Shown: positions 9,751 to 21,387, counted from the stretch's first letter. The stretch is 64,000 nucleotides of DNA from Oceanobacillus sp. HTM 045 (GCA_009733745.1 WNWL01000004.1:1-64000); one strand, 5' to 3'. The notes: a model not told the origin generated them from the letters alone. Translations and numbers: made by a program.

Positions 9751-9778
9751 AAAAAAAAGGGGCCGCACAAGGCGGCCC
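9751..9778 (-). terminator. Intrinsic terminator (minus strand): GGGCCGCC-TTGT-GCGGCCCC followed by T8
   Basis: Plus strand reads aaaaaaaaggggccgcacaaggcggccc. On the minus strand this is a perfect GC hairpin followed by eight U. It lies about 240 nt downstream of the dinB stop. Confidence 0.5.
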
Positions 9779-9893
9779 AAGTCTAAGGGAGGAAACGCCC
9801 AGGAAGGGCGGCAACGCCGAAGCGCTGCTGGATTGAGATTATGTGTGCGCCGCAACAAAGGCAATGGTGCAAAGCGAAAAAATCTTCCATTCC

Positions 9894-9916
9894 GGGGGTG
9901 GGTGCCCCTGTTTTTT
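9894..9916 (+). terminator. Possible weak intrinsic terminator (plus strand)
   Basis: GGGGG-TGGGTG-CCCC followed by TGTTTTTT. The stem is short (4-5 bp). Confidence 0.3.
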
Positions 9917-10017
9917 CGCTTAAATATTATGACGTTGCCGCAAAATTGTGCATCCGCGCTGCCGAACCGTGGGTGCCCTAACGTCAAGTTTGCGCTCGCG
10001 TCAATACGGGATGACGC

Positions 10018-11277
10018 TCACTTCAACGCACGTCCGCGGATGATGGCGGTTTCGCCGAAACGGTGGCGGATCGAGTCGGTGGCCGACTCGGCTCGGGCGC
10101 GGGTGGCGGCGTTTCGATCGAAGAGATTCCCCTCGGGCGCGGACGCTGCCGCCGGTTCCAGGGCGGAGATGCCGATGCCGATCAGGCGGAAGGGGCCTTC
10201 GCCGAGGACGGCGTCGAGGAGGGGCTCGGCGGCACCGTAGAGGGTGTCGGCCAGGTTCACCGCCGAATCGAGGCCGGTCTGGCGGGTGACGGTGCGGAAC
10301 TTCGCGGTCTTGAGCTTCAGCGTCACGGTCCGGCCGGCGATCTCCCTGGCCTTGGCGCGGTCGGAAACCTTGACTGCCAGCCGCCAGAGGTGGCCGGCGA
10401 GGCGGTCGCGCTCCGAAGTGTCCTCATCGAAGGTCGTCTCGGCGGAGACCGACTTCATCGGCGAATCGGGCGAGACCCGGCGCGTGTCGCGGCCGTGCGA
10501 CAACTCCGACAGCCGCATTCCCATCGCGCCGTAGCGGGCGACGAGGGCGGCGGGGTCGGCGCGGCGGAGGTCGGCGAGGGTGTGGTACCCGTCCCGCTCC
10601 AGCTTCGCGGACATCGCCCTGCCGACGCCCCAGATGGTCGAGACGGGGCGGGGGGCGAGGAAATCCAGCGTCTCGGCCCGGCCGATCACGGAGAAGCCGC
10701 GCGGCTTGTCGAGGTCGGAGGCGATCTTCGCGAGATACTTGCAGTGGCTGAGCCCGACCGAGGCGGTGACGCCGATCTCCCGCCCGATCCGCCGCACCAG
10801 GCCGGCCATCGCGGCGGCGGGGGACATGCCGAGCAGGCGCTCGGTGCCGGTCAGGTCCAGGAATGCCTCGTCGAGCGAGAGGGGCTCCACCAGCGGGGTC
10901 AGCTCGCGCATCATCTCGCGGATCCGGGCCGAGACCTCGGCGTAGACCGCCATCCGCGGCTTCACCACCACGGCGTCGGGGCAGAGCTTCAGCGCCTTGA
11001 ACATCGGCATCGCCGAGCGGACCCCGTTGATCCGGGCGATGTAGCAGCAGGTCGACACCACCCCGCGCCGCCCGCCGCCGACGATCACCGGACGGTCCCG
11101 CAGCGCGGGGTCGTCGCGCTTCTCCACGCTGGCATAGAAGGCGTCGCAATCCATGTGGGCGATGGCGAGCGATCCCAGCTCGGCATGGACGAGCACGCGC
11201 GGCGACCCGCAATCCGGGCACCGCCCGGACCGTGCATCCTCCGACCAGTGCAGACAGTCGCGGCAGAGCTGGGCCAT
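10018..11277 (-). CDS. dinB: DNA polymerase IV with N-terminal zinc-ribbon
   Basis: MAQLCRDCLHWSEDARSGRCPDCGSPR (zinc ribbon) followed by the IMS/DinB fold (DCDAFYASVE..., SLDEAFLD). The track ORF start at 11346 is an over-extension. Confidence 0.9.
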   Translation of the reverse strand: MAQLCRDCLHWSEDARSGRCPDCGSPRVLVHAELGSLAIAHMDCDAFYASVEKRDDPALRDRPVIVGGGRRGVVSTCCYIARINGVRSAMPMFKALKLCPDAVVVKPRMAVYAEVSARIREMMRELTPLVEPLSLDEAFLDLTGTERLLGMSPAAAMAGLVRRIGREIGVTASVGLSHCKYLAKIASDLDKPRGFSVIGRAETLDFLAPRPVSTIWGVGRAMSAKLERDGYHTLADLRRADPAALVARYGAMGMRLSELSHGRDTRRVSPDSPMKSVSAETTFDEDTSERDRLAGHLWRLAVKVSDRAKAREIAGRTVTLKLKTAKFRTVTRQTGLDSAVNLADTLYGAAEPLLDAVLGEGPFRLIGIGISALEPAAASAPEGNLFDRNAATRARAESATDSIRHRFGETAIIRGRALK

Positions 11278-11804
11278 GCCCGGAATATCGCGCCGGGCGG
11301 GGCTGCGGGCAATGGGTGGATTATGGGGGTGAAAACGCGGTTGCAAGGTTGCAACCTCTGCAAGTTACTGAAAATACTGATAAAAAGTGTTAACGGGGGC
11401 CGGATGGCATGATCCGGCGCGCTAATGCTCGCTTGAGAACCCTGAATTAACTCGGGCCGCTGGTAAGCGTACACTTTCTTCGTGGAGGGTCAGCCCGCAG
11501 GTGGACTTTCGCGGCTTTAAGCAGCGGTTCAACATCGTACTCCATTCGGCGCAGCACTCGCCGGTCTATCGGGTATGGAAGGGCTATTGGCGCGCCCTGC
11601 GGCCTGAGAACAAACACGGTCTGTTCTCCAGCTTGTGGTAGATCGCTGGACGCGGTATACAAAAAGTTGAGCCGGGCTGCTTGTGGCCCGGCTCTAGTGC
11701 AGCCGCTGCAATGAGCGACCCTATCCAAGGCCATGTGTCCCATAAAGAGGACTCGCCGTCAACGTCTCATGGCAGCCCGACAGCGCCTAAGGAGGGCGTG
11801 CCGA

Positions 11805-12554
11805 ATGCAATATGAGATGAAACTGATCCAGCACGACGTGCAGGGAGGCGTGGTCCAGCAGCGGGCTACAGACGGCTACATCAACGCCACGGCGATGTGC
11901 CGGGCCGCCGGGAAGATGTGGGGCCATTACCGCGAGAACGCGGCAACGAGGGCCTTCTTGGCGGCCTTGGCGACCGATATCGGAAATCCGATATCGGAGC
12001 TTGTGCAGTCTGTAAAAGGAGGCGACCCAAGGCTTCAGGGGACTTGGGTTCATCCTCAGGTCGCAGTGAACCTAGCGCAGTGGTTGTCGCCAGAGTTTGC
12101 CGTCAAGGTGACCAAGTGGGTTCACGATTGGCTTAGTGGTCGCGGTGCAGAGGCAAGTTACAGTTACCACCTGCGGCGCTACACAGCTAATGTTTCCAAT
12201 ATTCCTTACGGTCATTTTTCGATCCTACAAGAGATGATGATCGGCCTGATAGGGCCGATGGAGTCACGAGGATATTTACTCCCAGAGAATATGCTGCCAG
12301 ACATCTCGCAGGGTCGGATGTTCTGTAGGTTTTTGCGGGAAGAGCATGGCCTCGATACTGATCGTCTGCCGAAGTACCGGCATGAGTTCGAGGATGGTCG
12401 CGTCGTATCAGCAAACGCCTACCCTAACGCGCTACTCCCTGCGTTCCGGCAGCACTTTTTCGAGGTTTGGATTCCGGAGCGAGCCGAAGTCTACTTCAAG
12501 AAGCGTGATGCCAAGGCTCTAGAGTATTTGCCTTATCTGCTTCCCGCTGCATAA
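11805..12554 (+). CDS. KilA-N domain protein (249 aa) with uncharacterised C-terminal domain
   Basis: N-terminus LIQHDVQGGVVQQRATDGYINATAMCRAAGKMWGHYRENAATRAFLAALATDIGNPISELVQSVKGGDPRLQGTWVHPQVAVNLAQWLSPEFAVKVTKWV matches the KilA-N/APSES-type DNA-binding fold. Strong RBS AAGGAGGG 7 nt upstream of the ATG. The gene and its 500 bp upstream region are visibly lower in GC than their surroundings. Confidence 0.75.
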   Translation: MQYEMKLIQHDVQGGVVQQRATDGYINATAMCRAAGKMWGHYRENAATRAFLAALATDIGNPISELVQSVKGGDPRLQGTWVHPQVAVNLAQWLSPEFAVKVTKWVHDWLSGRGAEASYSYHLRRYTANVSNIPYGHFSILQEMMIGLIGPMESRGYLLPENMLPDISQGRMFCRFLREEHGLDTDRLPKYRHEFEDGRVVSANAYPNALLPAFRQHFFEVWIPERAEVYFKKRDAKALEYLPYLLPAA

Positions 12555-12589
12555 GGTGCCTGAGGCTCCGGCTGAGTGCGGGAGCCTCG

Positions 12590-12702
12590 CATTTCTTTCC
12601 CAACCCCTAGCTCCCGCACTCCGATCCACTTGCAGCATTGCAGAACGCCCGGCCCGGGGGAGGGCCGGGCGTGGCCCGGGCTGGTCGCCCGGGCTGCGGA
12701 TG
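12590..12702 (+). repeat. Copy 3 of the structured intergenic repeat (5' portion diverged)
   Basis: ..CTTGCAGCATTGCAGAACGCCCGGCCCGGGGGAGGGCCGGGCGTGGCCCGGGCTGGTCGCCCGGGC.. Lies between convergent KilA-N(+) and ParB-like(-) genes. Confidence 0.7.
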
Positions 12703-12753
12703 GTCGGGGCGAGCATTCCGCAGGCCGCGCCTTCTGGAGGGCGGTCCAGAAGC

Positions 12754-13683
12754 TCAATCCACTGGCGCGAAGAGCCTGTCGACCGCTTCGAAGACGTGGT
12801 CCATCAGGTCGCTGTGCGCGTCCCTGCCGGTGAAGTGCAGGCACCAGCCGTCGCGGGTGCGTTCGCGCCGGACGGTCAGGGTGTGGCGGACCTTCGCGAC
12901 GCGCCGGGGGCGGGGCGTCGGCTCGCCCCAGCGCGGCTCCCTTATGGTCTCTCCCTTCGGCAGGTCTTCCGCTTCGCGGAGGATCGGCTGGATCAGTGCC
13001 ATCTGGTGATCGTGGTCCTGTATCGACGACTCCTCCAGCGCGGCGCGGAAGACATGGGTGAAACCCTTGCGGCAGGCGTCGGCGACGCGGAGCGCCATCT
13101 GCTGGGACATCTTCTCCGGCGTGGTGAGCCAGCCGTCGAGGTCTTCCGCGAGCCGGGCGAGCTGGCGGATCCGGCGGCGCTTGTACTTGTCCGCCGCCGG
13201 AAACAGCTTCTCCACCGCCTCCTCGATGTTGGCGAATACCTCGTGGCGGACGGCCTGCATGGCGGCGTGGCCCTTTTCCCAGGGGGAGAGTTCGGCGCGG
13301 ATCTCGTTTTCCTCGATCATCGCGGCCAGCGCCTCGGCGGTGCTGGCGGGTGTGCGCACGAGGGCGGGGATGGTGGCGTAGCGGTCCTGCCCGGTCTGCG
13401 CGTGGAGGTCGCGGACGACGCAGAAGCGGCGGTAGCCGGAGATCAGGCCGTATTGCACCGGGGGCCGCGGCTCCGCGAGGCGGTAGAGTTCCACCGGCAT
13501 CCGCACGCCGCTGGCGGCGATGGAGGCCTGCAGCTCGTCCATCTGCTCCTGCACGAGGCCGGTGCGGTCGCGGTCGAGCGCGCCGGGGTCGATCTCCGCG
13601 AGGGGGACGTGGAGGAGGGTCGCGGTATCGTCCGGCGTTCCGGTGGGGGTTTCGGTGGGCGTTTCGGTGAGGGTGTGCGTCAT
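12754..13683 (-). CDS. ParB/Sulfiredoxin-fold (ParB N-terminal nuclease-like domain) protein, 309 aa
   Basis: Start MTHTLTETPTETPTGTPDD.. (ATG at 13683). The ParB N-domain region is LLHVPLAEIDPGALDRDRTGLVQEQMDELQASIAASGVRMPVELYRL...YGLISGYRRFCVVRDL. The C-terminal roughly 150 aa are unassigned. The track ORF start 13890 is an Arg-rich over-extension. Confidence 0.7.
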   Translation of the reverse strand: MTHTLTETPTETPTGTPDDTATLLHVPLAEIDPGALDRDRTGLVQEQMDELQASIAASGVRMPVELYRLAEPRPPVQYGLISGYRRFCVVRDLHAQTGQDRYATIPALVRTPASTAEALAAMIEENEIRAELSPWEKGHAAMQAVRHEVFANIEEAVEKLFPAADKYKRRRIRQLARLAEDLDGWLTTPEKMSQQMALRVADACRKGFTHVFRAALEESSIQDHDHQMALIQPILREAEDLPKGETIREPRWGEPTPRPRRVAKVRHTLTVRRERTRDGWCLHFTGRDAHSDLMDHVFEAVDRLFAPVD

Positions 13684-13925
13684 GGCGGGTCTCCTGCGCT
13701 GGGTGCCGGGGGGGCGGCTGGGGGCGGTCGGGGGCAGGGGAGAGAATCGCCCGGTCCCGCGGGCGTTGCGCCTTCGGGCGAGGAGCGCGCGGTTGAGAAC
13801 GCGAGACTTGCATTCTCCACCACCACTCCTTGCAGGGCGTTGACTGTCCAAAGTATGCAGGCGGCGGGGGCATCTTCCCATCGCAGCCATCCGGCGGTCG
13901 CGCGGTCACACAATCAGGTGGTCAC

Positions 13926-15467
13926 ATGGACACCGAAGCAGGAGCCGAACCCGATACCGGACCCGATTCCGGCGTCGACACCGGCCCCGATTCCGGAATT
14001 GCGCCGTTGCGCTGTCTGAGCCGCCTTTGCGTGACCGGCGTCGGGGCCATCGCGCTCGCGGTGCTGGTCGGCGGCTGGGTGTTCGGGGTGGAGGTGCTGA
14101 TCCGGCTGCATCCCGGCCTCGCGGCGATGGCGCCGAGCACGGCGGTGTGCTTCGTCCTCTCGGCGATTGCGCTGCCGCTGGTGGCGCGGAAGCGGGACGG
14201 ACCGTCGCGGCCGGCGGCGCTGGCGATCGCGGGCACGGTCGGGGTGGCGGCGCTGGCCAACCTGGTGATCGTCTATACCGGCGTCGCGACGGGGCTGGAC
14301 GCGCAGATCATGCCGGGTGTCGAGACCTTCGAGGGCGTGGCGATGGCCCCGGCGACGGCGCTCTGCTTCATCCTCGCGGCGGTCGCGCTGGCGACGCTGG
14401 CGCTGGTGCGGCGGGTGCGGGCGCGGCACGTGGCGGTGCCGACGGTGGGTCTGCTCGCGGCGCTGACGGTGCTGATGGGCTACGCCTTCGACACGCGCTC
14501 GCTCTACGAGATCTTCCTGTTCTCGGCGATGGCGCTGCACACGGCGGTGGCCTTCGTGCTGCTGTTCGTGGCGATCCTGCTGGTGCACCCGGAGATCGGC
14601 TGGGTCGGCGTGCTGGCCGGGCGCGGGGCGGGGAGCGCGATGGCGCGCTACATGCTGCCGATCGTGCTGTTCGGGCCGTTCCTGCTCTGCCTCGCGACGC
14701 TGACGGCGGTCGAGGCGCAGTGGTTCGACGCCAATTTCCGCCTCAGCGTGCTGGCCACGGCGATGATGGCGATGCTGGGTTGCGCGGTGCTCTGGGGCGC
14801 GATGCGGGAGAACCGCTCGGAGCAGCGGATCACCGAGGCGCTGGAGCTGACCCGGCGCTCGCTGGAGGAGAAGCGGTTCCTGCTGCACGAGGTCCATCAC
14901 CGGGTGAAGAACAACCTCCAGCAGATCACCTCGATGATCGCGATGGAACGGACCCGGACGAGCGACCCCGCGGCGGTCGCCGCCTTCGGCTCGATGCTGG
15001 GCCGGGTGCGGGCGCTGAGCGACGTGCACGAGCTGTTCATCTCGTCCGGCCAGTCGGCGACGGTGGAGATGGGGCTGTTCCTGGAGCGGCTCTGCGGCAG
15101 CATGTCGGAGAGCATGGACCTGGAGCACCGCGGGATCGCGCTCCGGACGGAGGCAGTACCGGTGCAGGTCGGGCTCGACCGGGCGATCCTGATCGGGCTG
15201 GTGGTGAACGAGCTGACCACCAACGCGCTGAAGCACGCCTTCCCGGACGGGACCGGCGGCACGGTGCTGATCCGGCTGGAGCAGGGGCACGGCGGGGGCT
15301 GCCTGCTGGAGGTGCGCGACGACGGCAGGGGCGCGCCGGGGGACTGGCTCGACTCGCCCACCACCACCGGCGCGTTGATCGTGCGCAGCCTGGTCGCGCA
15401 GCTCAGGGGGCGGATCGAGACCGAGGCGGACGGGGGAACGTCGGTGCGGGTCAGCCTGCCGGCGTAG
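13926..15467 (+). CDS. Membrane sensor histidine kinase, HisKA_2/HWE-type
   Basis: Six or more TM helices at the N-terminus. H-box LLHEVHHRVKNNLQ (HisKA_2). HATPase_c present (..LVVNELTTNALKHAF...TVLIRL...GRGAP..). No adjacent response regulator. Confidence 0.8.
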   Translation: MDTEAGAEPDTGPDSGVDTGPDSGIAPLRCLSRLCVTGVGAIALAVLVGGWVFGVEVLIRLHPGLAAMAPSTAVCFVLSAIALPLVARKRDGPSRPAALAIAGTVGVAALANLVIVYTGVATGLDAQIMPGVETFEGVAMAPATALCFILAAVALATLALVRRVRARHVAVPTVGLLAALTVLMGYAFDTRSLYEIFLFSAMALHTAVAFVLLFVAILLVHPEIGWVGVLAGRGAGSAMARYMLPIVLFGPFLLCLATLTAVEAQWFDANFRLSVLATAMMAMLGCAVLWGAMRENRSEQRITEALELTRRSLEEKRFLLHEVHHRVKNNLQQITSMIAMERTRTSDPAAVAAFGSMLGRVRALSDVHELFISSGQSATVEMGLFLERLCGSMSESMDLEHRGIALRTEAVPVQVGLDRAILIGLVVNELTTNALKHAFPDGTGGTVLIRLEQGHGGGCLLEVRDDGRGAPGDWLDSPTTTGALIVRSLVAQLRGRIETEADGGTSVRVSLPA

Positions 15468-15624
15468 CGCCCCGGCGGGCGGCGTGGTTCACGCGGAGCG
15501 CCGCCGATTAAGGAAACGTTTACGGGTCAACGCGATGCTTGGACCTGGTTGTTCCAGCGTCCTGTTCCGCGATTTGCGTAAGTGGTGTCCTGACCCCGAA
15601 CGGATCTGCCGGAGTACGCTTCCA

Positions 15625-15903
15625 ATGACTGAAGCCCTGAGATTGATCGACTTCGCCGAAGACGGTCCTTGCGACGACGACCTGCCGGCCATGCAAGAGA
15701 CCCCGGACTACACCCCCAGCCGCGCCGAGCGCGAACTGGTGCAGGCCTATATCGCGCTGATCAACATCGGCGCGGCGTCGCATGGCTTCCTGCACGACAA
15801 CGCCGAGACGCTGGACAGCCATACCCGCGCCTTCCTCGCGCATCTGCGCGACGTGGCCGGTGCGGCCGCCGACCGGGCGGGAGACAGCCTGCGGGAGATC
15901 TGA
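15625..15903 (+). CDS. Hypothetical protein (92 aa)
   Basis: MTEALRLIDFAEDGPCDDDLPAMQETPDYTPSRAERELVQAYIALINIGAASHGFLHDNAETLDSHTRAFLAHLRDV.. GGAG lies 10 nt upstream. Located directly downstream of the kinase. No recognisable family. Confidence 0.35.
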   Translation: MTEALRLIDFAEDGPCDDDLPAMQETPDYTPSRAERELVQAYIALINIGAASHGFLHDNAETLDSHTRAFLAHLRDVAGAAADRAGDSLREI

Positions 15904-15909
15904 GCCGAT

Positions 15910-16611
15910 TCAGGCGGCTTGCAGAGGACCGATCTCCGACAGGATTTCGCGGGCGGCCGTGACCGGGTCGCCCGCAGCCCAGATCGGGCGGCCGACGACG
16001 ATGTGATCGGCCCCCGAGGACAGCGCCATCGAAGGCGTCGCCACCCTCTTCTGATCGCTGGCCGAGCCACCTTCCGGGCGCACGCCCGGGGTGACGATGA
16101 GCTTTCCGCGCGCCTCGGGCAGGGCGCGGATCTCCTCGGCCTCGTGCGGGCTGGCGATCACCCCGTCCGCCCCGGCGGCGAAGGCGCGGCGGGCGCGTTC
16201 CAGCGTGATCTCGTGGATGTCGCCGTCGCGGATCATCATCTCGTCGAGGTCGGTGCGGTCGGCCGAGGTGAGGACGGTGACCGCGAGGATCTTCGTCGCG
16301 CGGTCGCCCCGGCCCTTCACCGCGGCGCGGACCACCGACGGGTCGCCGTGGACGGTGAGGAAATCGACGCCGATCCCGGCATATCCGGCCACCGCCTTCC
16401 CGACAGTCGCGGGAATGTCGAACACCTTCATGTCGAGGAACACCCGGTCGCCGCGCGCCTTGAGGCGCTGCGCGAGGCCGAGCGCGCCCTTCGCCATCAG
16501 CCCGAGGCCGATCTTGTAGAAGGAAACCGTGCCGCGGAGCCGGTCGGCCAGCGCCTCGGCCTCCTCCAGCGTGTCATGGTCGAGGGCGAGGATCAGGCGG
16601 TCGTCGGTCAT
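15910..16611 (-). CDS. pyrF: Orotidine 5'-phosphate decarboxylase
   Basis: LILALDHDTLEEAEALADRL...FYKIGLGL...DMKVFDIPATV..., the classic PyrF motifs. Confidence 0.9.
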   Translation of the reverse strand: MTDDRLILALDHDTLEEAEALADRLRGTVSFYKIGLGLMAKGALGLAQRLKARGDRVFLDMKVFDIPATVGKAVAGYAGIGVDFLTVHGDPSVVRAAVKGRGDRATKILAVTVLTSADRTDLDEMMIRDGDIHEITLERARRAFAAGADGVIASPHEAEEIRALPEARGKLIVTPGVRPEGGSASDQKRVATPSMALSSGADHIVVGRPIWAAGDPVTAAREILSEIGPLQAA

Positions 16612-16688
16612 GGCTTACCTCCACGTCAATTTGCGAGGTGCTACAGCCGAAAGTGGTTCCGGGTCAATCCCGGCCGCCGAATCGGGCC

Positions 16689-17138
16689 TCAGTAATACTC
16701 TGCCAGCCCGGTCAGGTAGCGCAGGTGCTCGATGCGCTTCCCGAGCAGGCAATGGGCGTGGATGGTGGCGTAGCCGGAACCGTCGCGGACAGCGAAGTTC
16801 TCGTCCTCGCATTCCAGTTCGCCGAGGCGGAGCCGGGTGCGGTAGCTCTCGTTCATCACCGCGGCGTGCTCGTCGCGGTAGCGGGGCAGGTCGTCCTCCA
16901 GCGCGTTCTGCCAGCGGACGAAGGTTTCCTCCAGGTCCGCCTCGATCTGCGCGATGCCGCCCTCGAAACAGGCGCGCATCTCGTCCTCGTACTGGGTGGT
17001 GTTCTGGCAGTGCTCGGTCCATTTTGCGAAGGCATGGTCCAGCGCCCACTTGTCGGGGCCGGCATCCTGCGCACGCGCCGGGGCCGCGGCGAGGGTGAGG
17101 GCCGCGAGGGCGAGGGCGGCAAGTTTGATGCGGATCAT
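16689..17138 (-). CDS. Periplasmic protein with signal peptide, DUF1311/LprI-like (tentative)
   Basis: MIRIKLAALALAALTLAAAPARAQDAG (signal peptide). Paired Cys pattern and Y/E-rich helical region resemble DUF1311. Confidence 0.55.
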   Translation of the reverse strand: MIRIKLAALALAALTLAAAPARAQDAGPDKWALDHAFAKWTEHCQNTTQYEDEMRACFEGGIAQIEADLEETFVRWQNALEDDLPRYRDEHAAVMNESYRTRLRLGELECEDENFAVRDGSGYATIHAHCLLGKRIEHLRYLTGLAEYY

Positions 17139-17227
17139 GGAATCCTCCCGGAAAGACCTGCTGAAATCGTCCGCACGTTAGGGCAGTGCGCCCGCCCGCG
17201 CCAACCCGCGATGCGCGCCGCCCGCGG

Positions 17228-17255
17228 TTGCGGGCGGCAATCGAGAACCACATAT
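17228..17255 (+). promoter_or_regulatory. Candidate RpoH (sigma-32)-type promoter for clpB: TTG-N17-CCACATAT
   Basis: gTTGcgggcggcaatcgagaaCCACATATggg lies about 100 nt upstream of the clpB ATG. It resembles the alphaproteobacterial CTTG-N17-CYTATNT heat-shock consensus. Confidence 0.25.
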
Positions 17256-17353
17256 GGGTTCCGTGGGTCGTGCCGCTCGCGGGCGGCCCCGACACGAGGC
17301 TTGGTTCTGCGTGCCTGAGGGGCGCAGGGCGGGAGTGCTTGAAAGGAAGAGGC

Positions 17354-19957
<2,604 letters not shown>

Positions 19958-19963
19958 TCCGGG

Positions 19964-19988
19964 GGCGGGCGCCCGTGCGGCGCCCGCC
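19964..19988 (+). terminator. GC-rich hairpin downstream of clpB (10 bp stem GGCGGGCGCC/GGCGCCCGCC), no U-tract
   Basis: gggcgggcgcc-cgtgc-ggcgcccgcc lies 7 nt after the clpB stop. Confidence 0.4.
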
Positions 19989-20103
19989 TACCCTTCACCA
20001 CGATTCCCTCAATCGCGTTTCCTGAATTGTCCTGTCCTGAATTGTCCTGCGCCCGCGCCGCCCATAGCTCGAGGCAAGCTGCGGCGGACGAGGAGGACAT
20101 CCC

Positions 20104-20640
20104 GTGCAGATCCATGACATCGCGGCTCCGGGCTTCAGCCAGATGCTGACCGCCCTGTCGGGCCAGCTGGCGAAGGGCGAGGCCTTCGCGACGGCGCAGG
20201 GCTACGACCCGGCGCAGCTTCTCGCGGCGCGTCTGGCGCCGGACATGTTCCCCCTGTCGTCGCAGGTGAAGTTCGCCTGCCTGCAGGCGACGGAACTGGT
20301 CTGCCGCCTCACCGGCCAGCCGGTGCCGGCCCTTGCGGACGTGACCGGCTTCGCCGAGGCGCGAGCGCTGATCGCCGCGACGGTGGCGCGACTGGACGGG
20401 GCGGATGCCGACGCGCTGGCGGCGGGGGCGGACCGGCCGGTGGAACTGGCCCTGCCCAACGGGATCGTGTTCGACCTCTCCGGGCGCGACTATGTGCGGG
20501 ACTGGGCGATCCCGCAGTTCCATTTCCATCTCTGCATGGCCTACGCGGTGCTGCGCCAGAGCGGGGTGGCGATCGGCAAGGCCGATTTCGTGCCGCACAT
20601 GCTGGCCCATGCCCGACCCGGCACGCTGCCGCAGGGGTGA
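20104..20640 (+). CDS. DUF1993-family protein
   Basis: GTG start with GAGGAGGA RBS 6 nt upstream. 178 aa with helical repeats typical of DUF1993. Confidence 0.6.
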   Translation: MQIHDIAAPGFSQMLTALSGQLAKGEAFATAQGYDPAQLLAARLAPDMFPLSSQVKFACLQATELVCRLTGQPVPALADVTGFAEARALIAATVARLDGADADALAAGADRPVELALPNGIVFDLSGRDYVRDWAIPQFHFHLCMAYAVLRQSGVAIGKADFVPHMLAHARPGTLPQG

Positions 20641-20874
20641 CGGCCGGGCATTCCGAGGCCGCCGGCAGGATAACGGCGACTGAACTCCGGTCACGTCCCC
20701 GTGATTGAAAATCGCGGCGAGGCTGCCAGTGCCGTGCCGCTAGTATTGCGCGCCGGACAGTCAATGCCGGTGCAAGTGAAATCCGCCCACGGCGGGCTGT
20801 TTACCTGATCCCTTTCCGAACCAGTTCCGGCTCAGGTCGGCGTGGGCCGACGGTTCGACAGAAGGGAGACGAAC

Positions 20875-21387
20875 ATGTTCAGACGCACATTCATCGCAGC
20901 TCTCGCGCTTGGTTCGGTGGGGCTGGTCGCGGCCTGCGAGGTTTCCGCCGAGACGGCGGTGACGCCCGCGGCGCCGACGATGGATATCGTCGATACCGCC
21001 GCGAGCGCGGGCCAGTTTAACACGCTGGTCGCCGCGGTGCAGGCGGCGGGGCTGGTCGACACGCTAAAGGGCGACGGGCCGTTCACCGTCTTCGCGCCCA
21101 CCGACGCGGCCTTCGCGGCGCTGCCCGAGGGCACGGTCGACAGCCTGCTCCTGCCGGAGAACCGCGACACGCTGGTGGCGGTGCTGACCTATCACGTCGT
21201 GCCGGGCAAGGTGATGGCGGGCGATCTCGCCGGCAAGAAGCTGGCGGTCGCGACGGTTCAGGGCAGCACGGTCGACATCGACGCGACCGGCGGCGTGATG
21301 GTCGACGGCGCGAACGTCACCACCGCGGACATCGAGGCGACGAACGGCGTGATCCACGTCATCGACGCGGTGATCCTGCCGGAGTAA
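20875..21387 (+). CDS. Fasciclin (FAS1) domain lipoprotein
   Basis: [21 protein letters not shown] (lipobox). FAS1 motifs [14 protein letters not shown] and [24 protein letters not shown]. Confidence 0.85.
   Translation: MFRRTFIAALALGSVGLVAACEVSAETAVTPAAPTMDIVDTAASAGQFNTLVAAVQAAGLVDTLKGDGPFTVFAPTDAAFAALPEGTVDSLLLPENRDTLVAVLTYHVVPGKVMAGDLAGKKLAVATVQGSTVDIDATGGVMVDGANVTTADIEATNGVIHVIDAVILPE

Noticed and set aside
11447-11743. 98-aa minus-strand ORF in the low-GC leader upstream of the KilA-N gene.
   Set aside because: No RBS and the protein (MGHMALDRVAHCSGCTRAGPQAAR..) is implausible. More likely it is non-coding leader with operator-like inverted repeats.
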